Assembly: GCF_009914755.1 (NCBI RefSeq)
Contig: NC_060936.1
Strand: one strand, 5' to 3'
DNA: 64,000 nt
Origin: the human T2T-CHM13v2.0 reference genome, Homo sapiens
A model generated the notes under the pieces. The model was not told the origin of the DNA. It worked only from the letters and a program-made list of their open reading frames with translations, and did no database searches. Position numbers and translations under genes: made by a program. Positions within the stretch are counted from its first letter, which is position 1, and each line of letters opens with the position of its first letter. Below are positions 26,135 to 39,948 of the stretch, in pieces.

Positions 26135-28934
26135 TATTTGTAGTACATTTCCATAATAAGGTTTGAAAGCTGGAAGCCAGTTATGCACCATGGTTACCTC
26201 AGGGATGTGGACTTCAGTTGGGGAGGTCCTTAAGGATAAATTTTTGTATTGTTTGAGTATTTTCTCCACTTAGAATGCATTACTTTTGTTAGTAAACTAT
26301 TTTTAAATATAAAGAATCAAATTGAAGTTAGATGTTCTCTCAAATTCACTGGTTCACAATTAAATCTGCAAAAGATTATGGCACTTATTCACTGATTTGA
26401 TCAAAATAGTCTTTACTTTGCGTTTGAACGCATAGTCACCAGCTTGGTGACGACAAGAAGCTCCTATAGCAGTAACTTCCTCACTGCTAGACTGCAACTA
26501 AAATGGTGTGACCTTACAATCCATAACTGAGAGGCAACCTCCTGATCTTCCAGCTCTTCTGACTATTTCCCTGAATTGAATCCATTTCTGCTGAAAGTAT
26601 CTGGGATGGTCTCTGCTTCCTAGGCTGAACTCTGATACAAGGAGAGAAAATAACTGTCCTTAGTCCCTGGAGAAACTGAGGCATTCTGGTTGAGTTCAGA
26701 GGGGAGGATATTCCTGCAGGAGGCATGGGAATAAGCAAAATTCTGGAATCATGGACTTAGATTTCTTTTCTATGATATGGTTGGAAGATATTTGGCTAGA
26801 GTAGAAAATAAGATGTTCCCAGAGGTGGTAAAAATTGAAGTTGAAAAGAAAGGTTTCAATGAGATTTTTCAGAGTACTGAATATAAAGCTAAAAATTGTG
26901 GACTATCCTTTACACGATGGGAGTGAAAAAGTTTTTTGAGGAATTCTATGATCAGGATAAACATAAGCAAGAGAAAGAGAGAGATGCTCTTTGTAAAAAT
27001 GTGGCCCTGTGCTAACTTTTCCGTGGGAATTTTAAGTTCAATTTAATGGCAGTTAATGAAAGAGTACCATGTGCATGGCACTAAAGAAGTGACAATTGAT
27101 TTGTTTCTTTGCCTGCTGACAGAGAGACCCAAGAAGCAGGTCTAGCAGCCTCCATAGAAGTAAGAATTAAGACTGGCAAATGTGAGCAGATCTAATGCTA
27201 ATAGTGTGGTCTGGGGCAGGCTGATATCCCAATTCCGGAGACATTTCTGGATGTTACGAGGCATCATGCATTCTGGACAATGAGACAAGTTTGTGCTGCA
27301 AAGTTTGATATCAGGAGATACAAGTGCAGGGGAAGGCCTGGAGCCATAATCCCCTTCCTGAAACCTTGGGTTGGTAACTTAACCACTCCAAGCCTCACTT
27401 TCATTTTAGTGCAAATAGAAATAACACTAACTATGTTATAGTGTTGGAAGATTAATTGAAATTATATGTGTAAAGCACTTTAAACTGAAAAACATATAAA
27501 AATATAAAGTACGCAAATGTGTTTCCAAGTGGACAGACTTGCTATGTGCAAAAATTTTTCAAGAATTTCCTTTTCACAGGGTGTCAGAAGTGTTTCAGCT
27601 AGCAGAAATAAATATGCTAATTGGAAGTAGATGAATCATAATCTGTGTCTTTTTTGTGAGAGGTTAGATGTGACATGAACTATGTGAAACTAACAAAAGA
27701 GAAGCATGATTAAAACAATTAGTTGGTCAAATCAATGTATCTCAAAGAAGGCCCTGTCTGTAAACTCTCAGCTTCTCTATTTGAACACCTAACTTCACAC
27801 CATATTTTCATCACATAGTCAATTCTGGAATGCTACATCTGTTTTTCCTTTTTAATTCATGTTTCTTTACATTTTATATTTAGACAATCTCTTTATTCTA
27901 AGATTAATCTATAATATTTTTCAGAATTAAAAGTAGAATTGCCACGCACACCATCATGCATGATTCCTCCAAAAGAGGAATCATATAAGATTCCTCTTTT
28001 CTGCTTCCCGTATGCCCTCATAGAGCAAGATATTGTGAGAGAAGCAAGAGGAGGAAGAAAACAGAACGGCAGCCACCAAGGAGTAATCACTCCTACCAAG
28101 AGACTGGAAGAAAGCAAGAGAAGTTAAGTGGCTTGTTCCCCTGGTTCCCTACTGGCAAGGCTGTCTTAGGCTGGATGTCCATCATTCCTAAGGGCCAACA
28201 CTTCTTGCAGAATGAGCTTCTCTACAAGAGACTCTTTTTTTCTGGATTCTGCTAATCACTCTCTTCTCTCATACTCTAGGATCTAGGGATGTCAAAAACT
28301 CAACAGTTACTAAGCATGGGTTATCCTTGTTGCTTCCCTTCCCCTTCCCACCCCTCTTGTACATAGTCCTGTTATAAGTAAATCCCCCTTAAATTATCCT
28401 AATTTGAGCATACCATCTGTTTTCCAGTGAGATACTGACTGGTGGTACATCCTCACAAATAGGATGCTTCTCAATCCCCTCTTTAGACGAGACCATGGAG
28501 GATGACAGACAAGGAACAACTTCAGGGAAGGTGAATCAGAGGCCAGGGGAAAGAAATTGACAAGGAAGTTCTTCTCAAAGAGCAGAATCAGGGTCTAATC
28601 AAATAAATTTCTCTAATGTGTGCCCAGTAGAATTTAAAAATGCTTTCCATTTTTTCACTCCCTGAATAGGACTTTTTATTGTTGCTTTCTTGCCCCCCTT
28701 CCCATCTTATAAATAAGGTTTGTGTGGAAAAAGAGAAGCTAGATTACATGTCTTTTTAATTCACAGGTAATCAAATCAAAGCAGCCAAGTCGTATTCAGG
28801 CTTGACAGAGGTAAGGCAGCACCACCAGGAGGCCCCAGACAGAATGACATGGCTGTGTCCTTTTACAGAGGGATGAGTGTGGTTAGTGTATGAGCAGAAG
28901 GGAGCTAAAAGATATTTTGTGACCGGGAGTTTAG

Positions 28935-29362
28935 ACTGTGGCAGGTACTGTGAGTGCCCATGAATATCTGTCTTTTTTCATTTCCTGGTACGTAACTGGA
29001 TTGTATTTCCTAGACGTTCCTGCAGTTTGATGGGACTGAGTTCTAATCTCTGAGTATGAGAGAAAGTGAAATGCAACACTCCCAGGCCTGGCCCATAAAA
29101 ATTTTCCACAGTCAAATCTTCTTTATCTTCTTTATCCATCTACTACCTACATGGAGGAAACTACAAGAACCTGGAAGAGGTCAAGACATTAAAAAAAAAA
29201 AAAAAAAAGCCCAGTCTTTTAAGGACTACCTGGAGCTGAGCCCTCCCAACAACTGGCATCAGACTGAGATATGAATGAGAAAACAAACATTTACCGTAAA
29301 GCCAGTGAATTTGGGAAAGTTGTCTCTTAAAGTAGCTGGCATTATTTACCATAAGGAATACA
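28935..29362 (+). mobile_element. Old MLT1 (I/J-like) LTR
   Basis: tttcctagacgttcctgcagtt... and tgagaaaacaaacatttaccgtaaagccagtgaatttggg resemble MLT1 body and 3' end. Confidence 0.55.
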
Positions 29363-30419
29363 ATGAGTCAGAACATGTTCAGCTGCAAGTGTCAAACAAC
29401 TCAACCTAAACTGGTTTAAAGCAAAATAGAATTTATGAGCTAACATAATGGGGAGTCCAGTGGTAGGGAACCCTTTTAGATACTACTTGAGGCAGAATCT
29501 CACTGTCAGCCAGACATGATTCTCTCTGTATCTCAGCTTGATGTGGTTCTGTTCTCTGCATTGTGCTGTTTTCTGTCTTTGGCTCTCCTTCTCCATTACA
29601 TGATGGCTGCAACAGCTGCAGAATTCACAATCTCACTGCTTGGTTTTCATGCTCAGCCTCCTTTCACTGGCCTGAAATGGTCCAACTTTGGCTCAGCCAC
29701 CTTTATTGGTCATGGGTGGGAACAGGCTGATTTATGAGGTCCCTTCGGGGCTCCCAGAAAGTAAATGTGATGCCCTCTAAAACCACATAATGGGAGTTCA
29801 GATTGGAGGAAAAGATAATTCTCAAAGGAAAGTCAGGGTAGTTCTTTCCTGGTAAGAGGTATGTGACAAAAACTATAAATGCCCACTGCATTCTCTTTCT
29901 TCCAATTCTTCCCTTTTGTCTCTCATTGTTATTAAGCAACAATAAAAACATTTTCTTTTATCTCTCTGCTTATTTTTAATACACAGCCCTTTTATACCCC
30001 TAATTATGGTTGATATGAGTTTGAGAAAAACCATAAATTTTGTAGTTAGATTCAGCCTAATGAAGGGAGATGCCATTAATTTATAGACATCTTAAAAGAT
30101 ACCTGTCAAAAGGAAATTATCTCTTATAATTAAATTCTTTTCCCTTCAAATACATACATTTAATGTAAAATGTTTTCAAACTGCTTCTAATTTTTCTCAT
30201 ATTTTTAATCTGTTTAGTTTAATTCCTAGTCTTGTATTAATAACAATATTGTTTGTTACTATTTTCATTGCCAATTTAAGCTACATTGTGAGCTAAATAG
30301 ACTTTTGTGAACTGGTCTAGGAACCTTACAACTATTCATAACATTGTTACAATGGGGAGATGTATTCTGAGTTTCAGTCAATTTTTAAATATTCTTTTAA
30401 CATAAAATTCATTTATAAA

Positions 30420-30935
30420 CACAAGACTCTTTCATTTATCTTTTGCTATGTAATAAACCACCCTAATACTTTGTGGCACCAAACAGATATTTTTATCTCT
30501 CATGGTTGCTTGAGTTGTCTGCTCAGTTTGGTGTCTCTTGCTTGAGGGCATGTCATGTGGTTACAGCCAGGACCGCAGGCATCTGAAGGCTCAGCTAAGT
30601 TATTAATAGATGTTTCACGTAGCTCACTCAAATGTCTCACACTAGCCATCATCTGGTAGATGAGCTGGGGATGTTGCAGGAGTACCTTCCGATGGCCACT
30701 CCATGTGATTTGGGCTTCTCAAAGTGTGGCAGTAGGCTCTGGGAGACAGAATCCAGACAGTGAGAGCTCCAAGTGACCCAGGTACAAACTACATGGCTTT
30801 CTATCACCTGGCCTCAGAAGTCCCTGAATGCATTTCCACCACATTCTATTGGTAAAGAAAGTTAACAAGGCCCACCTAGATTGTAGAGGAGGAAAATTAG
30901 ACTCCACCTCACAATTTGCAATATAGCAAAGAGTT
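30420..30935 (-). mobile_element. Old MLT1 (G/H-like) LTR
   Basis: Antisense MLT1 phrases ttgctatgtaataaaccaccc, cctcagaagtccc and catttccaccacattctattggt. Confidence 0.55.
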
Positions 30936-31246
30936 TTCAGGCATTTTTGTTGCACCAGAGAGCCTATCAGGATCTCTTCAGATGTAGCATAGATGAAATA
31001 GCTAAAAGTTGGACTACCTCTGTTCATATTTAGACTTTATTCCTTGTTGATGTTGAGTAAATTTCTTAACCTTCCATGCCTTGGCATCTTCATCTATAAA
31101 CTGGGGATAATACAGACCTATATGGTAGGATGGTTTGAAAATAATAAGTAAGGTTTTAAAAAATACTTGGTTCAGTTCTTGGCAAATGTTGTCTATCATT
31201 ATTAACATTATCTGGGTTTAAAGATGATGTTTTAAGGCAAGTGTAT

Positions 31247-32524
31247 CAGGGGGTCTTCAGGAATCCATGGAAAAGGTGTATTATGAAAAAACTGTGTGAA
31301 TCTCAAAATGTTTTGGCACAAAAATAAACTCATAGTAATTTGTTATAACATGTCTAAACAGTAGCTAGTTTCAGGCACTAAAAAGGATAAGACATAGTTT
31401 GAAAAGGCTCCATATCAAAGCAACATGATTTATCTTGAAGCAAGAACAAACATCACATTTATGATGATACTTGGGTGGAAGAATGGTGAAATCATTGATG
31501 CTTTAGAAAAAGCTTATCAGAACAATACTTCAAAGAAAACAGCAGTTTACAAATGGATAACTCATTTTAAGAAGGGACCAGATGATGTTGAAGATGAAGC
31601 CCACACCAGAAGACCATGTATATCAATTTGGAAGCAAAATATTAATCTTGTCCAAGCCCTAATTGAAGAGGACTGGTGATTAATGGCAGAAATAATAGTC
31701 AACACCATAGACATCTCAGTTGGCTCAGCATTCACTATTCTAACTGAAAAAGTAAAGTTGAGCCAACTTTCCCCTGGATGTGTGTCAAAATGGTTGCACC
31801 CAGATGAGCTGCAGACAAGAGCAGGGCTTTCAACAGAAACTGCAAACAAGTGGGATCAATGTCCTGAAGCATTTCTTCAAAGATTTAACAGGAGATGAAA
31901 CTTGGCTTTACCAGTACAATCCTGGAGACAAAGCAGAATCAAAGCAATGGCTACCAAGAGGTGGAAATGGTCCAGTCAAAGCAAAGGCAAACCATTCAAG
32001 AGCAAAGTCCATGGCAAGAGGTTTTTGGGGATGCTCAAGGCATGTCACCTATTGATGTTCTGCCGGACCAAAGAACAGTAACATCTGCTTATTATGAGAA
32101 TGTTTTGAGAAAGTTAACCAAAGTTTTAGCAGTAAAGCCCCTGGAAAGCTTCACCAGAGTCCTTCTGCACCATGACAGGGTGCCTGCTCGTGCTTCCCAT
32201 CAAACAAGGGCAATTTTGTGAGTTTCTATGGGAAATTATTAGGCATCCACCTTCCAGTCCTGATTTAGCTCCCTCTGGCTATTTTTTGTTTCCTAATTTT
32301 GAAAAATCTTTAAAAGGCATAAATTGTTCTTCAGTAAATACTATAGTGAAAAGACTACATTGGCATAGTTAAATTCCTAGCACCCTCAGTTCTTTAGAGA
32401 TGGACTAAATTATAACTTGCAAAAGTGTCTTGACCTTGATGAAGCTTATGTTAAGAAATAAAGTTTATATTTTTTATTTTTATCTTTTAATTCTATTTTC
32501 CATAAATATTTTCAAGTCCCCTCT
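31247..32524 (+). mobile_element. Full-length Hsmar2 mariner DNA transposon (decayed)
   Basis: About 1.28 kb. Left TIR-like caggggtcttcaggaatccatggaaaa, right TIR-like ttttccataaatattttcaagtcccct, TA dinucleotides at both flanks, and an internal transposase remnant. Confidence 0.95.
31425..32460 (+). pseudogene. Hsmar2 transposase pseudogene
   Basis: ORF fragments give EARTNI.FM..LGWKNGEIIDAL, TGDETWLYQY, VLLHHD and HPPSSPDLAPS. There is an in-frame stop at 31677-79, several frameshifts, and the third catalytic Asp of DD34D reads Gly (SPDLAPSG). Confidence 0.92.
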
Positions 32525-34344
32525 TATTTGAGTGTGGCGTCATTTCTACGGAGCTCACCCAAGAACGTAAGATCTTTTTTATTTAAGACTGTGAGCAGAG
32601 CATGACACAATTTTTGACTGCCTTTTAAAAACAAAACAAAACAAAACAAATCTTAGGGACTGGGCATCAATTCTTCTACTTCCGTCTCGTGATGGAGCTA
32701 CTTCGATTGCTATTAGTCACATTTGAAGTGAGATACACAAATGCTTTTTGCATAAGCCGGGCTGTTACTATCTTGCTTTTGGTTGGTTACTGGAATGCCA
32801 TTCATATATCTTCCCTGTCTCCTAGCAGGGAAACTAAATTTGTTTATCATGCAGGCCAGTGGATCTCTTCTACTACTAAATTTGGTGAGTGATAACAGAG
32901 GAACTAATTTTTTAGAGGCAAATTAATTTACATGTTCTATTCCACATCACATCTTCTAGGATAACTGCTGTTTAAAATAAAGATTTATTTTCAAGTGAGA
33001 ACGAAGAAAATATGTTTATGGCATGATGAATTATTTTAATACATATTTTTAAATAGAAAGTAGTGTATAGATTGTTTTTCAATAAGTGAATAATTAGAAT
33101 TAGCTTCTTTATAAAAAGATACAAGATTTCTATCATAACCTTTTTATCAGTTCTTAAATGGGGCATCCCATGAAAATTATCAGGCTAATACAAACACGTT
33201 AGATTTTTATTTTGGCCAAAAGAACTCCGAATAGCAGTTCTACAAACCAAAAAAAAATTTGGCAGAACAGATTGTAGAAATTATAACTAAGCTACAGGAC
33301 ATTTTCTATTTCTAGAAGAAAATGTTACTTGTATCCAAGGAGCATTGTTGTTTCGGGTTTAGGCTCCCTTTCCAAAGAAGTCTGGAGTTTTTTTCATCTC
33401 AGCCTACAGAAGAGAGTAGTTAGGTGCTGGGACAGCTTAAAAGACTGCCTTTTTGGATCAAGTATAAAGGGAATGTGAGCCTTCTGGGACTTGGGCAGAG
33501 TACATTGCTCAGGTCATCTTGACCTCCAGGGATGACTAGTACTGTTTCTCCCATAAAAGCTGTTTTCCCTGAGCTCTCAAGGGACAGAATGTCAGAGCAA
33601 GTAGGGTCCAGAGAGCCCATAGATGATCCCTGTTATTTTACAACTGGGGAAACTGAAATCAAAACTGGAAAGTTAATTATTTGTTGCCTATTTGTAGCAG
33701 TGTCCAGGTATTAGACTTCAGCGTTATTCTCTTTCCAGTAGACTAGGAAGCCCTCAGGTAGTCTGTACCCACTGCCATAATGCCACGAGAGTATCTTAGG
33801 TTGAATATCTATTGTGACCCAGGGCATCAATAAAAGATTATTGGGGAGACAGACTTCACTCAACTGGAACTTGTACATTAGCTCTAGGGACTGGTTTTCA
33901 TTTCGGCCAACTCTCGCATTGCTATTAAGTCACATTCAGAGTCCCGTTCTCGCTAAGATTGAACTTTCTCTTAACCTTAGGAAAAGCAAACAGTGCATTA
34001 GAGGGTGTTCTTCTATATACCTTTAAATAAGGTCATCCCCTTTATTCATTTACTCACACATCCATGCATTTATTCACAGATATTCATTCAACATATACTC
34101 TATGCCAAGCACCACGTGCAGCACTGGGAAAGTAGCACACACAGTCCTGTCTTTATCACCCATGGAAAGTGAAAACATGTTTAACCCTAATCAAATTTCA
34201 AATATACACAGTTCTTATCTTATCTGACTCACCTTTTCACACTCTTAACATTGTCTTTAATGAAGAAAGTTCATAATTTTAATAGAAGTATGTTATCAAT
34301 CTTTTCTTTTACGGTCAGTGTTTTTGTTGTTGTTTTGTCCATTT

Positions 34345-35170
34345 TAAAAATTGAGCAAAAGATGTGAACAGAAACTTTGCAAATGAAAATATCGAATGGA
34401 AAATGAGCACATGTAAAGATGTTCAGCATTATTAGCTAGCAGAGAAACGCAAAGTAAAATTTTAGTACAATACCAATGCGCCTCAACCTGAAGGGCTAAA
34501 ATTTAAAAATTACAACTGACAATACCAAGTACTGGTGAGAATGTGAAACAACTGGGACCTTCATACATTACTTGGTGTCAGTGTAAGTTGGTATAGCTAC
34601 TTTGGAAAACCATTTGACAGTCTACTAAAACTAAATATATGTGACTTTATATCCCAGAATTCCACTCCTACATATGTATCCCAGAAAAATAAACATTTAT
34701 GTTTACCAAAAGATACACAGAAGATTGCTTATGGCAGCATTACTAAGGATATCAAAAATCTGGCAACAACGCAAATGTTCATTAAAAATACAACATGTAA
34801 ATACATTATGCTATATTTATACAAAGTAATACTGTACAATGGTGAAAATTAGTGAATCCATGCACCAACAAGATGAATCTCTTAGGATTTATGTTGAGTG
34901 AAAAACTCAAAACACTGAACAGTATATCATGCATTGTTTCATTTACATAAAGTTCCAAAGCAGATTAAACAAATCTACAGTGCCAGATATCAGAATAATG
35001 GTGTTATCAACTGGGAATCCTAGAAGTTGGCATAGATTCTGAATATGTTCTATGTTTCAGTTTGGATGGTGGGCATATGGATATATACAAATGTAAAAAA
35101 TTCTTTGAATTGCACAAGTAAGGTTTATATACTTTACGTAAGCTATATCTCACTAAGAAAGAAAAACAAA
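34345..35170 (+). mobile_element. Old L1M (L1MC/ME-like) 3' end
   Basis: Degenerate ORF2p C-terminus (ORF 34641-34829: YPRIPLLHMYPRK...MAALLRISKIWQQRKC) followed by an L1M 3' UTR. Confidence 0.75.
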
Positions 35171-36530
35171 ATACATGTTCTTAAGAAATTACAGAAAGTG
35201 AACAAAGGAATTCGCAGATGCTACATAACTTATAGAGGTTTGCTGAGTTGTTACACACTTTAGTATCTTTCTCCCAATTCATCCATGGACAAATGGTCAA
35301 TTGACCTCTGTTTATGGTGCAGACACCTGAGTCTCACCTACCCTTCTATTAAGTCATTTGTGTTACCATCATAAACATCAGTAAATGTCTACTAACCATC
35401 TCACTCATAATGTCCTATTTATGGGGTTTGGAGTTTTCCAATGTTGCAATGAAAGTGTCAAGGAAATAGTCTCTCATTACATATTTTCCCTGAATGTATT
35501 GTGGGTCTGAGTGAAATATAAAAGATGCCAGTTAAACCACTTTCTAGAGCCGCTGAAGGGGGCTTCCTCAGAATTGTGCCGTATTTGCTGAACTGTCATT
35601 TCCTACTACATTTAGACAAACTCGTGTTAATGCTTAGTTCAAGGATTCATAGGTTTTTGTGATTGTAATAGCAAATCATAATTTAGTTTGTGTATAATTC
35701 TTACCAATCTTGTAAAATTGCCTCATCTTAATTTAATGTCTCAAATTAATTATAATTGAATCAATCAGCATCTGAGAATTTCGAGAGTTTTTGTAACATC
35801 TCTTGGAAGAATTAATGTCTCCTGCAGGGTGTTGTGAAACAAGGGATTTTAATCATTAACAGCCTTTTCTCACCTTTAAGTGTGCTGCAGATTCAAAGTA
35901 TATATCTCCAAAGTAAAATCTAGACTTCGGCTCACTATAAAAAAAAAAAATGTGTGTGTCCCATCCCACCAGCTGACAGTGTTTCAAGCTATTAATAGGC
36001 TGATCCTTGTATACTTGTTTCTCTGATATTTTTAGAGTCTGCATTGGAGTGCATTAAACTGTTTTTTTCCCTCTTCTTAAAGAAGTAATTATTGAGACTA
36101 GATTCTGCCAACAACATCATGCAAAATAAAATAATAGCTTGGAATTGTTTAGGACTACAATATTACTACTTTCACATTGTTACCATGAAGAGTATTTTTA
36201 GTGGTTTCTTTCATGTAAACAGAGCATTCTATGTAGCCCATCATTACATTAGTTTATGTTTACTGTACTTCCCTTAAAATTGCCTTTGTAGGGGGTACAC
36301 AATGCATATTTTCTTTCAACAAGGGAATACAATGCACTGGAAAGTCAAATCAAGAGAAAACCACTTTAGGAAATGATCACAGCCAAACGTATGAAATTAC
36401 ACCCACTTCACTAATTACCGCTAATCTAATTTTATTTTTAGCTTCTAAGACAACACCCTGAAAATACACTTCTCCTAGATGACCTATATAAAGTTATTTT
36501 ACAATCCCAATGAAAGTAACCTAGTAATAG

Positions 36531-37222
<692 letters not shown>

Positions 37223-37552
37223 GTGTATTTAATCTGACTCTCTACTTACAACACATCACCTCTGCTGCAGTCCTTGATAAGATGTTACCTATAAGTCTAT
37301 GCCAAGGATACATGGTGTTAATAGGCCCATATGCCAGTCCTGCAGACCGACTCCCAGAGAGTAGTTTGGTCATATAAAGAAGGACTCAAATTTTAAGAAG
37401 GATAAAGTTCTGACCCATGAGATAACTTTTGAGTTAGGCTTCTTGGGATTCAGAAACTGACTTAGCATTTCTGAATCGTAGCATTTCTAGGTCTTCAAAA
37501 AATTCTTGTCAAAGAAAATATATTTTTATGGCACTTAATAGCATATTTACTA

Positions 37553-37630
37553 TCAGGTTGGTACACAAGTAATTGTGGGTTTTGCTATTGCAGTAATGGC
37601 AAAAATTACTTTCTTTCAAAACTCAACTAA
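37553..37630. mobile_element. MADE1 (Hsmar1-derived MITE), decayed
   Basis: TA then tcaggttggtacacaagtaattgtgggttttgctatt matches the Hsmar1 TIR; the right arm aatggcaaaaattacttt is partly deleted. Confidence 0.8.
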
Positions 37631-39198
37631 AATGCAAACAACTTCTTCATGTTCCTCCCCTCCTTAATCTCAAAAGGATTAGATGTTCTGTGTTGGATTC
37701 TGATAGGAACCTAAGAAACTCTGCATTTAGTAGTAATAGAATTAATTATAATCGTGTGTGTGTTTGTGAATATGTGTCTCTGTATGTGTTAGTATCCCCC
37801 TAGAACTGCTCAAAGTCCAGTGTGGTTGCCACTTGCAATACTCAGCATTTATGTGAATTTGAATTTGAATTTGAATTTATTAAAATCGAAAACATAGTTT
37901 CTCAGTTATACTATTCTCTTATGGATAGTGGCTACTCTTTCTGACACTGAAGAACGTTCTGTGTGATAGCACTGCTCTCCAGAGTGAGCATTGTGGGGCA
38001 GACAGTATTTCTCATGTGTATCACAATGCTTAGCACATAAGAGGTTAGTAAGTGATTGATGATTGAATAAACAAGTAAATGCTTTTTATGTAGCAGGCAA
38101 TAAATAATATTTATTAATAAAGGAATTCAATGAATAATTACCTAAAGCATTGCTGACTTTGATCTCCTGATTTTCAACCTTTCTCTGTTTTTGATGCCTT
38201 AGATCACATCTCTTTTCTTGATTAATGACATTTCTTAATTAATGTTCCTTCTTTATTCTAACCTCTTTGAATCTACAGTCTAAGTGTCTCAGATAGTGAT
38301 CTTTGCCAATAATGTTACTGTACTTAGTCATGTTTTTCCTTTGCTAAAATATCTTACGGTGGGACTTGTGCTTCAGGCCACATTGGAATAGATGACACCA
38401 GACAATCTCTCATCATATACAACTGGAAAATGAAACAATATTTAGAAAACATTCATTTGCCAAAATTAGACAAAGGACAGAATGAGATTCTGATCCTGGA
38501 GAGTAAGAAAACAAATAAGGTGATCAAGTTTTTCCTGGAAGAACTCCAAGACCATGGTGAAAGGAGATGGATCCCAAGCAGAGAATGGCAGCCTGTATTC
38601 TGACAAGCCAAGGTGATGAGATCTTGTTGAAAACCCAAGGCCTTGAACAGAGGCACCAGAATGTCACACCTTCGTTGCATGGATAAACTATCTCTAGAGT
38701 GAAGGCTACTCTGGACTCATCCTGGCAAAGCTTACACCTAAGCCTCAGATGCGTAAGTGGATCTAAAAATAACTTGTTTGCCAAAATAAATGCCAATGCC
38801 TTTAAAAAAAAATTTAGACACCAAACAAAAATTTAAAATTTCTAGACACATGAGGAAGCAGGAAACTGTGACCCTAGATTAAAATAAATAAATAAACAGA
38901 AACAGGCATGGAAATGTCAGGGATGAGACACAATGGGATTAAGAGATAAGAATTTTAAAACAGCTATAAAAATGCTAAGGATTTAAAAAAAAACTATTAA
39001 TGAGAGGCCAAATTAAAGCAATAAAAATTACCAAATGGGAATTCTCTAGTTTAAATATACAACATTGAGAATTAAAAATTCACTGAATGGACTTAAGAGT
39101 GCATTGACTACTACAGAAGAAAAGAACAATGAACTCGAACACATATATTAGAAACTATCCTGTTGAAGCATAGAGAAACAGAGAAAGGGTAGGTGCAT

Positions 39199-39199
<1 letters not shown>

Positions 39200-39239
<40 letters not shown>
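39200..39239. repeat. (CA)n microsatellite
   Basis: About 20 CA units. Confidence 0.97.
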
Positions 39240-39246
<7 letters not shown>

Positions 39247-39570
39247 CAGAAATCAGTGACCCTGACACAACAGTAGATAGCCTAATATATATGTTACTAT
39301 GTAACCGTATCTTTAAAAGGGGTGGTTAGAGGCTGTAACATATTTGAAAAAATAATCGCTGAAAAGTTTCCAATTTTGATGAAAACTATAAAGCAACAGA
39401 TTCTGGATACCCAGCAAATATGTAGCAGGATAAACAAAGAAAACCACGTCAAGGTATGTCAGAATCAAATTGATGTAAACCAATGATATTGAGAAAATTA
39501 TAAAAGAAGACAGAGGGGAAAAAAGGCAACATTGCATACAAAGCAATGAAGATAAGAATGACTCCTTAAA

Positions 39571-39948
<378 letters not shown>

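Noticed and set aside
25832-26269. 145-aa ORF
   Set aside because: It runs through (CA)n repeats (HTHTHT) and an old L1 3' UTR-like relic; an artefact.
26435-26490. Two short hairpins (gtcacca-gct-tggtgac; tagcagt...actgcta)
   Set aside because: 7-bp stems are expected by chance, and I see no recognisable ncRNA family motifs.
35549-35565. CTCF-like ccgctgaagggggc
   Set aside because: The 5' half of the core does not align to the consensus; too weak to call.
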